DNA from: Dehalococcoidia bacterium
Lineage (GTDB): Bacteria; Chloroflexota; Dehalococcoidia; Plut-88900
Assembly: GCA_965197645.1 (NCBI GenBank)
Contig: OZ240219.1
Span: forward strand, 1,888,001-1,952,000
Length of the DNA stretch: 64,000 bases
Direction of reading: 5' to 3'
Position 1 is the first letter of the stretch. Every line of letters begins with the position of its first letter. Shown piece after piece: positions 9,660 through 19,327 of this stretch. Made by a program: the position numbers and the translations under genes. The notes below the pieces were generated by a model. It had not been told where the DNA came from and ran no database searches. It saw nothing but the letters and a program-made list of their open reading frames with translations.

Positions 9660-10829
9660 GTGAGATTTGCATTCACTTCGGAGCAGGAAGCATTCAGAGA
9701 AGAGGTCAAGGAGTTCATTCGCACCGAGCTGCCCGATGGCTACGAGGATGCGGTGGGCGGCACGGATGAGTGGTGGGAGAACGAGACCACCACCCGAAAG
9801 AAGCTGGCCGACAAGGGTTGGCTGACCATGGCCTGGCCCCAGGAATATGGGGGCTTGGACGCGCCCATCATGCAGCAGGTGGTCTTCAACGACGAGTGGG
9901 CCTACGCCCACGCTCCCGGCTGGGACGGCGAGGGCATAGGGTACATTGGGCCTGCCATAATGGTCCATGGCACCGAAGACCAGAAGAAGACGCACATCGG
10001 CGGAATCGCTCGGGGTGAGGTGGTCTGGTGCCAGGGGTACTCGGAACCGGAAGCGGGCTCGGACCTGGCTTCGCTGCAGACCCGAGCCGTGGACAAGGGC
10101 GACCACTACGTGATCAACGGGCAGAAGATATGGACCAGCCAGGCCCACTACGCCGACTGGATCCTACTCCTTGCCCGGACCGATCCTGATGCTCCCAAGC
10201 ATCGGGGGATCTCCATGTTCCTCGCCGACATGAAAGACCCGGGCGTAGAAGTGCGCCCCATCATCAACATGACGGGCTCCCATGAGTTCAACGAGACCTT
10301 CTTCAACGATCTGAAAGTCCCCAAGGAGAACGTTGTCGGAGAGGTCAACCGGGGCTGGTACGCCGGTATGACGTTGCTGGACTTCGAACGGTCCGGTGTC
10401 GAATACGCCGCCCACAGCCGTAGAGTACTGGACGACACGATTCAATACGCCCGGGAGACCAAGTCCAACGGCGAGGCCCTGATCGAGCTACCCGGCGTGC
10501 GAAACAAGCTTTCCGAAATGGCCGTGGAAGTGGAAGTCTCCTACATGCTTTCGTACCAGATAGCGTACCTGCAGGGAAAGGGAGACGTGCCCAACAAAGA
10601 GGCTTCGATGGGCAAGCTGTTCGGCAGCGAGGTCCAGCAGCGGGCATCCAAGATATCCATGGATATCCTCGGTCTGTACGGTCAGCTGCGCGGCGATTCG
10701 GCGCCTCTCAAAGGGGCTGCGCCCGATCGGTACATGGGCACCGTGTCCTCCACGATAGCGGCGGGTACGTCGGAGATACAGCGGGGAATCATCGCTGGCC
10801 GGGGGCTTGGGCTGCCGCGAGGCACTTAG
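9660..10829 (+). CDS. Acyl-CoA dehydrogenase family protein
   Basis: WCQGYSEPEAGSDLASLQTRA, NGQKIWTS and TIAAGTSEIQR. Confidence 0.92.
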   Translation: MRFAFTSEQEAFREEVKEFIRTELPDGYEDAVGGTDEWWENETTTRKKLADKGWLTMAWPQEYGGLDAPIMQQVVFNDEWAYAHAPGWDGEGIGYIGPAIMVHGTEDQKKTHIGGIARGEVVWCQGYSEPEAGSDLASLQTRAVDKGDHYVINGQKIWTSQAHYADWILLLARTDPDAPKHRGISMFLADMKDPGVEVRPIINMTGSHEFNETFFNDLKVPKENVVGEVNRGWYAGMTLLDFERSGVEYAAHSRRVLDDTIQYARETKSNGEALIELPGVRNKLSEMAVEVEVSYMLSYQIAYLQGKGDVPNKEASMGKLFGSEVQQRASKISMDILGLYGQLRGDSAPLKGAAPDRYMGTVSSTIAAGTSEIQRGIIAGRGLGLPRGT

Positions 10830-10849
10830 GTTCAACATAAGGAGTTGAA

Positions 10850-10885
10850 AAAGGGGGGCGTGCGGCCGGCCGCACGCCCCCCTTT
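10850..10885. terminator. Bidirectional intrinsic terminator between convergent genes
   Basis: Perfect 36-bp palindrome AAAGGGGGGCGTGCGGCC|GGCCGCACGCCCCCCTTT with A/T flanks. Confidence 0.8.
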
Positions 10886-10898
10886 ACGTTTGTCCAGG

Positions 10899-12173
10899 TC
10901 AGCTGGCCGCCTTGCCTATCGCACGGTGACCCAAGCCCACCCTGTTCCATCGCCCCGGCAGCATCAGAGCGCACACCGTAAGGCTTAGAGCGGAGAGACA
11001 GGTGACTGTGAGCGCCAAACGCAGGTCGTCGGTGGCGCTCTGTATCGATCCTGACAGGACCGGCCCTATCACGCCGCCCGCTGTCATCGTCGTCCTGAGA
11101 AAGGCCAGCGCCACCGCCGTTTCTCTGGGTCTTATGCCGGATAGCTCGAAGGGGATGCTTAGGACTATCGGGAAGAATGCGAAGGACAGGCCTTGACCGA
11201 TGGACATGAGGATGAGCAGGCTGAAATTACCGGTGTACACCAGTCCCAACGCCGTTCCCGCTACCGCCAGCCCGGAAACCGCCAATATCAGCTTCCTTTG
11301 TCCTATCCTTGCGACCAAAAATCCCAGTGCAACGGCACATGGAGCGGAGACGGCTGTGCTTAAGGCAAACAGGGCTGCAGAAGCGGTCAACGAGATGTCG
11401 TAGGTGTCCAACATGTAGCTGGGCCAGAAGGTGCTGAACGCCGAGAATCTCATCTCGATTCCCACTACCCCCAACCCCACCAGCCACAGCTCCTTGTATT
11501 TGAGTATGCTGCTTATGGGGCTGCTGCCCTGTTGGGAATCGAGCTCGCTGGTGTACTCCTCGGTAACGCGCTCGCGGCCGATTGCCACCCAGAGGAGAGT
11601 CAACACAAAACAGATGACGGCGAGCAGGTAAAAGGTAGCCCTCCAGCTATCATCCAACAGTCCCAGTATCAACGGCATGAGGATGAAAAGCCCCGCTCCG
11701 ATGCCAAACAGGATATGTAACGAGGCATTGGCCAGCATTATCTCTTTCGGCTTCATCCACTGCTTGATCAACAACGCCCTGGCAGGTTCCCGGCTCACCA
11801 CCGTCAGGCCGTAGATAAGCCGAGCCAGCAACAGCAATCCGAAGAAGGGAGCAGCTGCCTGAAACAGCATTATCAGGGTACCGGCCAGCAGGGTTACCGT
11901 GGTCAAGGGTTTGGGTCGGAACCGGGAAAACAGCCACCCGGAAGGGATCGCTATCAGCAGAATCCCAACTTTGGGAGCGGAACCCAACCAGCCTTCCTGG
12001 ATTGGTGACAAACCCATGTCCTCTCTCATGCTGGGAAGAAAGATTCCCAGGGTCTCGATGAGTATGATGCCCCACATGTGAGCGCCCATCCAGGTAATGA
12101 TCACCACCCACCGGTAGGCCGAGGCTGGAGTCGCCGAGTCCATAGTCGCAGTCTGGCGCATAGCAGGCATCAT
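10899..12173 (-). CDS. MFS transporter
   Basis: About 12 hydrophobic segments with MFS loop motifs (GWLFSRFRPK, GFLVARIGQRK). Confidence 0.85.
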   Translation of the reverse strand: MMPAMRQTATMDSATPASAYRWVVIITWMGAHMWGIILIETLGIFLPSMREDMGLSPIQEGWLGSAPKVGILLIAIPSGWLFSRFRPKPLTTVTLLAGTLIMLFQAAAPFFGLLLLARLIYGLTVVSREPARALLIKQWMKPKEIMLANASLHILFGIGAGLFILMPLILGLLDDSWRATFYLLAVICFVLTLLWVAIGRERVTEEYTSELDSQQGSSPISSILKYKELWLVGLGVVGIEMRFSAFSTFWPSYMLDTYDISLTASAALFALSTAVSAPCAVALGFLVARIGQRKLILAVSGLAVAGTALGLVYTGNFSLLILMSIGQGLSFAFFPIVLSIPFELSGIRPRETAVALAFLRTTMTAGGVIGPVLSGSIQSATDDLRLALTVTCLSALSLTVCALMLPGRWNRVGLGHRAIGKAAS

Positions 12174-12283
12174 ACTACCCGGCTGGGGGGATTGTTAATG
12201 TAAATGGGTCTCGGCGCCCAGGGTAACGGCGTGGGCGTAATAGACAGACAATGATGCCTGGGATATGATGTTTAGAGGCCTTA

Positions 12284-12375
<92 letters not shown>

Positions 12376-12531
12376 ACTACCCTTCCGACCCCGTCTTCTG
12401 TTGTCCCGTACTGCCCCTAGTTCATAGCTAAACAGCGTCGATCTATGCTCATTCAAGCCTTATGATTCCCCTGCTATCCAGCGTCAAATGTGGTAAAATA
12501 TGTGGGAAGACTTTTTGCAGAGGACGACCTT

Positions 12532-13776
12532 ATGGAGCTATCGGCGACGCGGATCAAGGCACTAAGGAAACCAGGGAGATACTCCGACGGCGGAGGTCTG
12601 CACCTATACATCAGCAAGGCGGGACGCAAATCTTGGGTCCTGCGAATCACCATAGACGGACACCGACGCGATATCGGACTGGGAGGATTTCCGGCCGTAG
12701 GCTTGGCCAGGGCTCGCGAGAAGGCGTCGCAGGACAGGGCTGCAGTAGCCAACGGTCGGGATCCTCTGGCCGAGAAGCACGCGCCTCCGATGCCGACCTT
12801 CAGGGAGGCCGCCCACGCTGTCCACGAGGCCAACAAGCCACGCTGGAAAAACCCCAGGCATGCAGCCAACTGGATGCAGACGTTGGAGCGTCATGCCATG
12901 CCGGCACTGGGCAACACGCCGTTGGACCATATAGACCGGGGCGAGGTGCTCGGAGTCCTCAAACGGATATGGACGTCCAGGCCGGAGACGGCCCGAAGGG
13001 TGCGTCAACGGATGAGGACCGTCTTTAGGTGGGCCATGGCTCACGGTTTCATCGAAACCAACCCGGCAGGGGAAGCCATCGACGGAGCCCTGACGCCCAT
13101 GCCCAAGGTGAAGGCACACTTTAGAGCGCTGCCATACCAGGAAGTCGGGGCTGCTTTTGAAACCGTTGAAGCATCCCCGGCCTCAATGTCGGCCAAATTG
13201 TGCTTCCGGTTCCTGGTCCTCACGGCGGCCCGCTCAGGAGAGGCCAGGGCCGCCGCCTGGGACGAGATCGACTTCGATGACCAGGTATGGCGGATACCAC
13301 CGTCGCGGATGAAAGCCGGTTTGGAGCACCGGGTGCCCCTCAGCAGGAAGGCCCTCGAGGTGCTTGACCAGGCTTCTGTCTTGCGTGACGAGACCGGCCT
13401 GATATTCCCATCTCCGCGGAAGTGGAAGACCCCCATGTCCGATATGACGCTGACGAAGGTCCTCCGCACCGTCGGCCTAGCGGAACGTGCCACGGTCCAC
13501 GGGTTCCGCAGCAGCTTCAAGAACTGGACCCTGGAACAGACGGATACATCCTGGGCCGTCTCGGAGGCGGCACTGGCTCATACCCTGGGCAATTCGACTG
13601 AACAGGCCTATGCGAGGTCCGATCTGTTCGAGCAGCGTCGTGAGCTTATGCAACTCTGGGCGGACTACCTGACGAAAGGCCGGGATGGTGCAGCAGCTAC
13701 CCCGACGATGCCTAGGCCGCTTTCGTCGCGTCAAACTCGCCCGTCGCAACTGGCCGGGACTCCAGCCAGGCTGTGA
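12532..13776 (+). CDS. P4-type tyrosine integrase
   Basis: Arm-binding N-terminus (PGRYSDGGGLHL, RRDIGLG); catalytic TAARSGE, TVHGFRSSF, ALAH and AY. Confidence 0.93.
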   Translation: MELSATRIKALRKPGRYSDGGGLHLYISKAGRKSWVLRITIDGHRRDIGLGGFPAVGLARAREKASQDRAAVANGRDPLAEKHAPPMPTFREAAHAVHEANKPRWKNPRHAANWMQTLERHAMPALGNTPLDHIDRGEVLGVLKRIWTSRPETARRVRQRMRTVFRWAMAHGFIETNPAGEAIDGALTPMPKVKAHFRALPYQEVGAAFETVEASPASMSAKLCFRFLVLTAARSGEARAAAWDEIDFDDQVWRIPPSRMKAGLEHRVPLSRKALEVLDQASVLRDETGLIFPSPRKWKTPMSDMTLTKVLRTVGLAERATVHGFRSSFKNWTLEQTDTSWAVSEAALAHTLGNSTEQAYARSDLFEQRRELMQLWADYLTKGRDGAAATPTMPRPLSSRQTRPSQLAGTPARL

Positions 13777-13918
13777 TGTCACTAGTCCTCCACCGGACGG
13801 CTGTGGGACCGACCCTGACGGGCCTTGGAAACTGACCGACCTGCATCAAACGATAGATCGAGGAGCGGGTCAGTCCCGTGACCTCCTCTACCTGTCTGCG
13901 CCTGAGTAATCTATCCAT
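13712..13918 (-). CDS. AlpA family excisionase/regulator
   Basis: MDRLLRRRQVEEVTGLTRSSIYRLMQVGQFPRPVRVGPTAVRW. Confidence 0.9.
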   Translation of the reverse strand: MDRLLRRRQVEEVTGLTRSSIYRLMQVGQFPRPVRVGPTAVRWRTSDITAWLESRPVATGEFDATKAA

Positions 13919-14380
13919 TGTTCTCGATACCTCGCTTAAGTTCTTGGAATGTAGTGGCAGAGCCGACTGGCCCGGTTGGTGCAGGCAACGCATGGAAGAC
14001 CAGCCTGGTGGTAGTCGGGGTGCAATGTGTCATCGACGCCAGTGAAAGGGTTTGAGCTGTTCTCCGCCACGTGCATGTTATCCGGGGGTCTGTTGCTAAT
14101 CATCGGGTTTGCTCGGTTGTCGTAGTCGTTCGGGTCACTGACCTCTCCTCGATTGCCTGTACTGGGCCGCAAACGCGAAAGCTCCCCTGCCCAGAACGGA
14201 CGGACGCTCTCCTGTCAGTGTGCGATGTGCAAAGGCCGGTCGGTATCCCCTGCAAGGGACTTCATCGATGAAATCCCCTCTGGGGTTGCAACGGACCAGG
14301 GGCGGTGAAGTCCTGCTCGGAAGGCGTCTCAGGTGTTAATGTCCACGCTACGCGATAGGAAGAGCAGACTGCACGAAACA

Positions 14381-14647
14381 TTAACGACGTCGACGGATCC
14401 TGGCCGTAGGCAGTAAGTGGCTGAGGTCCATGCTTTCTGCGAGGTCCTGGAGGGCCAGGAGGTGACGAGCATTGGGCTGGACTCCCCGGCTCCGCCAACG
14501 CCACAGATTGAGCCCGCTGGTGCCGAGAAGACGGGCTATCTCGGCCCACGGCAGGCCAGAGGCTTCCTTGAACCGCTGAAGGCTCTGGGAGAAGTCTCCG
14601 GTCAATGCATAGGCGGCTCTCTTACGACGGATGCGTTTACGAGGCAT
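14381..14647 (-). CDS. XRE-like HTH protein
   Basis: LQRFKEASGLPWAEIARLLGTSGLNLWRW. Confidence 0.75.
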   Translation of the reverse strand: MPRKRIRRKRAAYALTGDFSQSLQRFKEASGLPWAEIARLLGTSGLNLWRWRSRGVQPNARHLLALQDLAESMDLSHLLPTARIRRRR

Positions 14648-14972
14648 AGGGGCACTCTTTCAAGATCGGGTCCAGGAAGTCCTCACCCATCAGGATGTCC
14701 AGGCCTCCCGGGACCCACGACGCAAGACCCACGAGGCAGTGGTAGGCTCCTCCAGACGGTTCTGTACCGTTCCGCCATCTGAGCACCTGCTTGAGCTCGA
14801 CGCCCAGCACCTCTGAGAACTCCTGCCAGGTGAGGCCGCTGGCCTGCTTAAGCCGGATGAGGCGCTTCACGAAGTCCTCCGGCAACTCCCCACTGCCGGC
14901 CGGCAAAGGACGCCCATCGATAAATGGGTCCCCGTGATGGATAGGCAGCCGGGGAGAGCTATGAGTGGTCAT
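14637..14972 (-). CDS. XRE-like HTH protein
   Basis: DFVKRLIRLKQASGLTWQEFSEVLGVELKQVLRWRNG. Confidence 0.75.
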   Translation of the reverse strand: MTTHSSPRLPIHHGDPFIDGRPLPAGSGELPEDFVKRLIRLKQASGLTWQEFSEVLGVELKQVLRWRNGTEPSGGAYHCLVGLASWVPGGLDILMGEDFLDPILKECPYAS

Positions 14973-15204
14973 TCGGGTGTTGCAATGCGAACAGTTCATC
15001 GAACTCCTTCACTCCCAGGACCTCCTGCATCCGCCGCCGGATGCGGCCCGATGGGGCGCGTCCCCTGTTGATTAGCGTGGACAGGTAGCCGGGGCTGATC
15101 CCGACTTCACGGGCAAACCAGTTCTGGGAGCGGCCCAGCAGGTCTAGCCGCTTCCAGAGGGCTCTTGGCTTGAGTAAGACTGCGGTACGTGGTTGTTGTT
15201 TCAT
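14959..15204 (-). CDS. Cro-like HTH protein
   Basis: RSQNWFAREVGISPGYLSTLINRGRAPS. Confidence 0.8.
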   Translation of the reverse strand: MKQQPRTAVLLKPRALWKRLDLLGRSQNWFAREVGISPGYLSTLINRGRAPSGRIRRRMQEVLGVKEFDELFALQHPNDHS

Positions 15205-15244
15205 GGCGCGTTGCAAGACTTTCACCCCCTAAGTCCCGATTATG

Positions 15245-15296
15245 TTACATTGTAAGTACTGAGCAAATTGCTTGTCAAGAACGCCTGTGCTACTAT
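15245..15296. promoter_or_regulatory. Overlapping divergent sigma70 promoters with palindromic operators (phage-like switch)
   Basis: Rightward TTGCTT-17-TACTAT with extended TG; leftward TTGACA-18-TACAAT; palindromes TTACA-T-TGTAA (15245-15255) and AGCAA-A-TTGCT (15262-15272). Confidence 0.65.
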
Positions 15297-15346
15297 GAGC
15301 ATAGATATCTCCGTTATGGGGCCATTGACCAGGAGACAATCAAACT

Positions 15347-15703
15347 ATGACCGATGACCGGGGTTACCACTGGAACAGCATCGGAACCCGCATCAAGGAG
15401 GCCAGGATGAAGGTGGGCCTCACCCAGAAGCAGGTGAGCGATCTGGTTGGGGTCAGTCCCCACGCCGTCTGGTCCTGGGAAGCGGGAAAGATGAAGCCCA
15501 CCCCGGAGCATCTGCTGGAGTTGGCCTACCGCTGCGGGACGAGCACCGACTGGCTGTTGGGTAGGGACGTGGTCGAGGGGGAGATCCTGCAGGAGGCGGA
15601 CGTATCCTTCCGAAAAGCCATAGAGGGGCTTCCCATGGAGGACCTGGAGTCGATCATGAACTTCATAAGGTTCGTCCGGGAGCAACGTCGTAGGAGGAAG
15701 TAG
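15347..15703 (+). CDS. XRE family repressor (ImmR-like)
   Basis: IGTRIKEARMKVGLTQKQVSDLVGVSPHAVWSWEAG...STDWLLG. Confidence 0.88.
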   Translation: MTDDRGYHWNSIGTRIKEARMKVGLTQKQVSDLVGVSPHAVWSWEAGKMKPTPEHLLELAYRCGTSTDWLLGRDVVEGEILQEADVSFRKAIEGLPMEDLESIMNFIRFVREQRRRRK

Positions 15704-15711
15704 GCCGAGGG

Positions 15712-16140
15712 ATGAACCGGGCGCAGAGTAGGGGAGTGGAGCTCCGGCGAAAGCTGGAGCTGCGGGGCAGAGTGGACGCCGAGGCGGTGGCCAATCAATT
15801 CGGGTTGGTCGTACAGCCCTGGCCTCTAAAGGTCCAGGAGGAGCTGCTGATGGACGGCTTCATCTGCGTAGCCGAACGGCTATGTCCTCGCTGGAGACGC
15901 TGGGTCACGGCTCACGCGATGGGTCATAGGCTTCTGCATTCGGGCAACCACCTGTGGATACGGGATCACACCAGCTTCAGCAGCCGGTTCGAGCGGGAGG
16001 CTGAGGATTTTGCCCGCACGCTTCTAATGGATGGACAGGAGGCTATGGAGGCGGGTCTCACCGAGGTATGGGAGGTGGCCGAGCATTTTGGGGTGCCGGA
16101 GGAGACGGTCCTGCTTCAAGCGCCTTTCCTAATGGAGTAG
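15712..16140 (+). CDS. ImmA/IrrE family metallopeptidase-like protein (HExxH altered to HAMGH)
   Basis: RWVTAHAMGHRLLH...EREAEDFARTLLM...VAEHFGVP. Confidence 0.8.
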   Translation: MNRAQSRGVELRRKLELRGRVDAEAVANQFGLVVQPWPLKVQEELLMDGFICVAERLCPRWRRWVTAHAMGHRLLHSGNHLWIRDHTSFSSRFEREAEDFARTLLMDGQEAMEAGLTEVWEVAEHFGVPEETVLLQAPFLME

Positions 16141-16302
16141 ACGTTTTGCGCCGAGCCGTCAAGAGCGTTGCGTTGGTCAGTCGAGCGGGCAGCATCTCGC
16201 ATTGTTGTTCGGCACATGACAACAAGGCTGTGTGGTAAGAACCCTGGTACGCAACGCCAGCTCTGCAATGAGCAGGTTACTTTGTCGGTAGTCTTGGCGG
16301 CA

Positions 16303-17490
16303 CTACTCAGAAGAAGTTCGAATCTCCTTAGGTGGGCCGACGTGTACGGTAGACAGAACTGAGGGTTCAAGGGCTACCTTTTCGCTGGCCCGCCCGGCTA
16401 AAAAATTGTCGTCTGGCATGGGCACCGTGTAGCGAATCAGGGCGTCGCCGGGGATGACCATGATCTCCTTAACGAAGGACTCGATGAAGGCCCGGCGCTC
16501 GGTCAATTCGCTCTCTTCCAGGAAGTCCTTCATGTCCTTGGCGTAGGCCGAGATGGTGTTGACGTCGTCGAGGTATGCCCTGCGCTGGGACAGCACCGCC
16601 CTGGCGTCCGCAGCCGCATCCTCAAGACGCTTCTTGCGCTCCCGGTGCTCTTTGATCCTGTCCGCTGCGTCGGAGATGTCGAGGTCGGAGGTCTCGATGG
16701 CGTTCCAGATGACGCCCAGCCGCCGCTTCACATCCTCAAGCTCATCGTCGATGGTCTTGAGCCGCTTGCGCTGGTCGCTGGCGATGCCGTCCATTTCCTC
16801 GTCCACGGCCTTCACCAGCTCGGTGATGCTCCCCTCGGTGAGGATGTTGGAGCGAATCTTGTCGACGATCATCTGCTCGAAGCGGCGGGCATTGAGCCTC
16901 GGGGTAACGCAGGCGCCCTTGCCCCGCTTCATGATCGACTGGCAGACGTAGTAGGCGAACTGGCCGCTCTTGGCGTCCTGACCACTGAGCGCCCTGTTGC
17001 ACTTCTTGCACTTGACCAGTCCGCTGAGGAGGTAGGTGCTTCCGACCCTCCGGGGGTGGGACCTCTTGGGCGCCCGGGCGCGCATCAGCTTGGCGACGCG
17101 GCCGAACTGAGCCTTGGTAACGATGGCGGGGAACGCCTTCTCCACCCGCACCGGCTCGGCGTTGTCCTTTGCGTTGACTCCCCAGACCAGCGTCCCCGTG
17201 TAAGCCTCGTTGATGAGGATGGCATGGACGCTGGTCTTGCCCTTGGGGCTCAGGATGCCCTCATCGTTGAGGGTGCTGGTAATCTGAACCATCCCGTTGC
17301 CAGCCTCGGCCATGTCGAAGATGCGCTTGACGATGCGGGACGCATCCGTATCGGGTTCCAGGGTGGGGCGCTTCTTGGGTCCGTCCTGCACCATGACCCG
17401 GTTGTAGCCGAAGGGGGCGTAGCTGGAGACCCAGAACCCGCGCGAGGCCGCCTCACGCATCCCTCGCGTGACCTCCTGGGCCAGGATATC
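16303..17490 (-). pseudogene. Large serine recombinase lacking the N-terminal catalytic resolvase domain
   Basis: Frame begins abruptly at DILAQEVTRGMREAASRG; has APFGY, YLLSGLVKCKKC zinc ribbon and coiled coil; no Y-R-S catalytic region upstream. Confidence 0.8.
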
Positions 17491-17667
17491 AGTTATCCAA
17501 TCGACACAAAAAGCTTAGGTATACGTGGGGGGTGGTGCTTGAAGCCAGTTGACTACGACCACGAAGTCGCGTGGAACGGCTACGCGATAGGGACATATAG
17601 TAAACAACCGTCGGAGCACTGCTATCTGGTTGAATAATGCCCGTTGAGAGCGGGCAGCATTCCGTCT

Positions 17668-18393
17668 TCATTGCAGTCGGCGCGCGTGTTCAGTAATTAC
17701 AGCAATCTCATCCTCTGAGACACTCCGCAGCCCCCTACCACGGGAAGGATCTGACAGGAGGCTGTGAATTTCATCCCTGTTGGGAAAGTCTCCACTAAGC
17801 TCAGAATATCCGTTGGCCAGCAGGACATCGTCGATAGCGCCAACTGCCGTCATAGCTATTGAGTAAGTGTCGTCAGTGGTTTCGGCCATCCGGTCTCCAA
17901 CCGTTTGCCCGGCGCAGAGAGCTTCGGCTGCCACTTGAAGAGATGCTCCTGTGTCGCTGGCCACGTTGGCAATTTGCCCAGCTAGGAAACGAACAGCATG
18001 ATAATCCTTCTGTGCGTTTTCTAATGCAGCGTGCTGTTCCTCCGTCAAGAGTGAGTTTAACTCTGAGACGATGCTCAGCATGTGAGATTGGTCGCCATCG
18101 TATTCCGCTAGAAGGGCCGCGGTGATAATCTGAGAGTGCGTCTTTACGAGAGTTGGATCTATGCTGGGGTAATGTCCTAGCATATCTCTGTAAAGCGCTT
18201 TGGACAACCGAGCATGCTGTTTGTGCGTGATGGGCTGTCCTCGGCCGTGTCCTAGCATCACCTGTTTGGCTGTCTTGTTGAAGTTCTCGAGGTCATCGGG
18301 CAGTATCGCGGTACTGCTATAGCTATCCCGATATCGCTGGGTGGTGGAGGCCATATTTAACGCCCTCTGATACAAGAGTGGTAACTGAATCAT
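17668..18393 (-). CDS. Hypothetical protein
   Basis: 241 aa ORF with GGAGG RBS; no recognised motif. Confidence 0.55.
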   Translation of the reverse strand: MIQLPLLYQRALNMASTTQRYRDSYSSTAILPDDLENFNKTAKQVMLGHGRGQPITHKQHARLSKALYRDMLGHYPSIDPTLVKTHSQIITAALLAEYDGDQSHMLSIVSELNSLLTEEQHAALENAQKDYHAVRFLAGQIANVASDTGASLQVAAEALCAGQTVGDRMAETTDDTYSIAMTAVGAIDDVLLANGYSELSGDFPNRDEIHSLLSDPSRGRGLRSVSEDEIAVITEHARRLQ

Positions 18394-18688
18394 GATGGGT
18401 CCTCCTTCCTCCTAGCGATTCGTACAATTGACGTCATGGAAAACCCCCTTCTGAGGCAGTGCGTAGCCTTGGCACGGCAATGAGGAAGGTTTCCGAATCC
18501 GATTGTCGGCCACGGTGTCTTGATTCGGATCAAATATGCCCTATCGCTCATTTGGCCTCAGTTAGCACCGTGTGATACTAGTCGGTAGGGTGTCCCGGTT
18601 GTTGGGACCACCTACGTACCCCGATGTTGTGGCGTTGATAGATGTTAGTATAGATGCTACAATTCTGACATTCAAGGGAGTCGTGCCG

Positions 18689-19286
18689 ATGCCGAGTTCG
18701 CCGGAACAAATCATGACCTACGCCACCACTCAGCCCGAAGGCGCGCTGCTGCATCCGAAAGTGCTGCTGCACTTGGGGAGCAGAGCAGCCATAGACCAGG
18801 CGTTGTCCCGACTCTCCAAGAAAGGAAGATTGATACGAGTCTGCCACGGCACCTATGTATGCCCCGTGGAGACCTGCTTCGGTCCTCGCCCGCCTGCCGT
18901 GGAGAAGGTGATCGCCTCGCTGTCGGCTCTATGGGGCGAGACGATAGTGACCTGTGGCGGCACTGCGGCGAACGCCCTTGGGCTCACTACCCAAGTTCCG
19001 GTCAAGTCAGTTTACCTCACATCCGGACCCAATCGCGAGCTGACGCTTGGCGAGTTGACAGTGGAGCTGCGCCATGCCCCCCCGTTGGCAGCTGGCGGCC
19101 CCGCACCGACCTGCAGGCGAGGCGGTTCGCGCATTGTCCTGGCTGGGGCCTGATGAAGTGGAGTCGGGTTTGGACGTAATTTGGCGCAGGCTCTCCGCCG
19201 AAGACCTTGAGGAGTTGGCGGCTTTGCGGGCAATCATGCCAACTTGGATCGCCGAACCCGCAAGTGCATTGGTTGCCAATGGCTGA
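18689..19286 (+). pseudogene. AbiEi/DUF6088 type IV antitoxin, frameshifted
   Basis: LHLGSRAAIDQALSRL and ANALGLTTQVP; one extra C in the C7 run at 19077-19083 breaks HAPRWQL. Confidence 0.75.
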
Positions 19287-19327
19287 AGCATACCTTTCGA
19301 TCAATACAGATAGGGAGGACATCGCGG

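Noticed and set aside
6342-10829. Novel catabolic pathway from the amidohydrolase/MOSC/acyl-CoA dehydrogenase cluster
   Set aside because: Common paralogous families in mixed orientation; no substrate can be inferred from sequence
19077-19083. C7 tract as a phase-variation switch
   Set aside because: The tract is short and the cognate toxin is already deleted; decay or sequencing error is simpler
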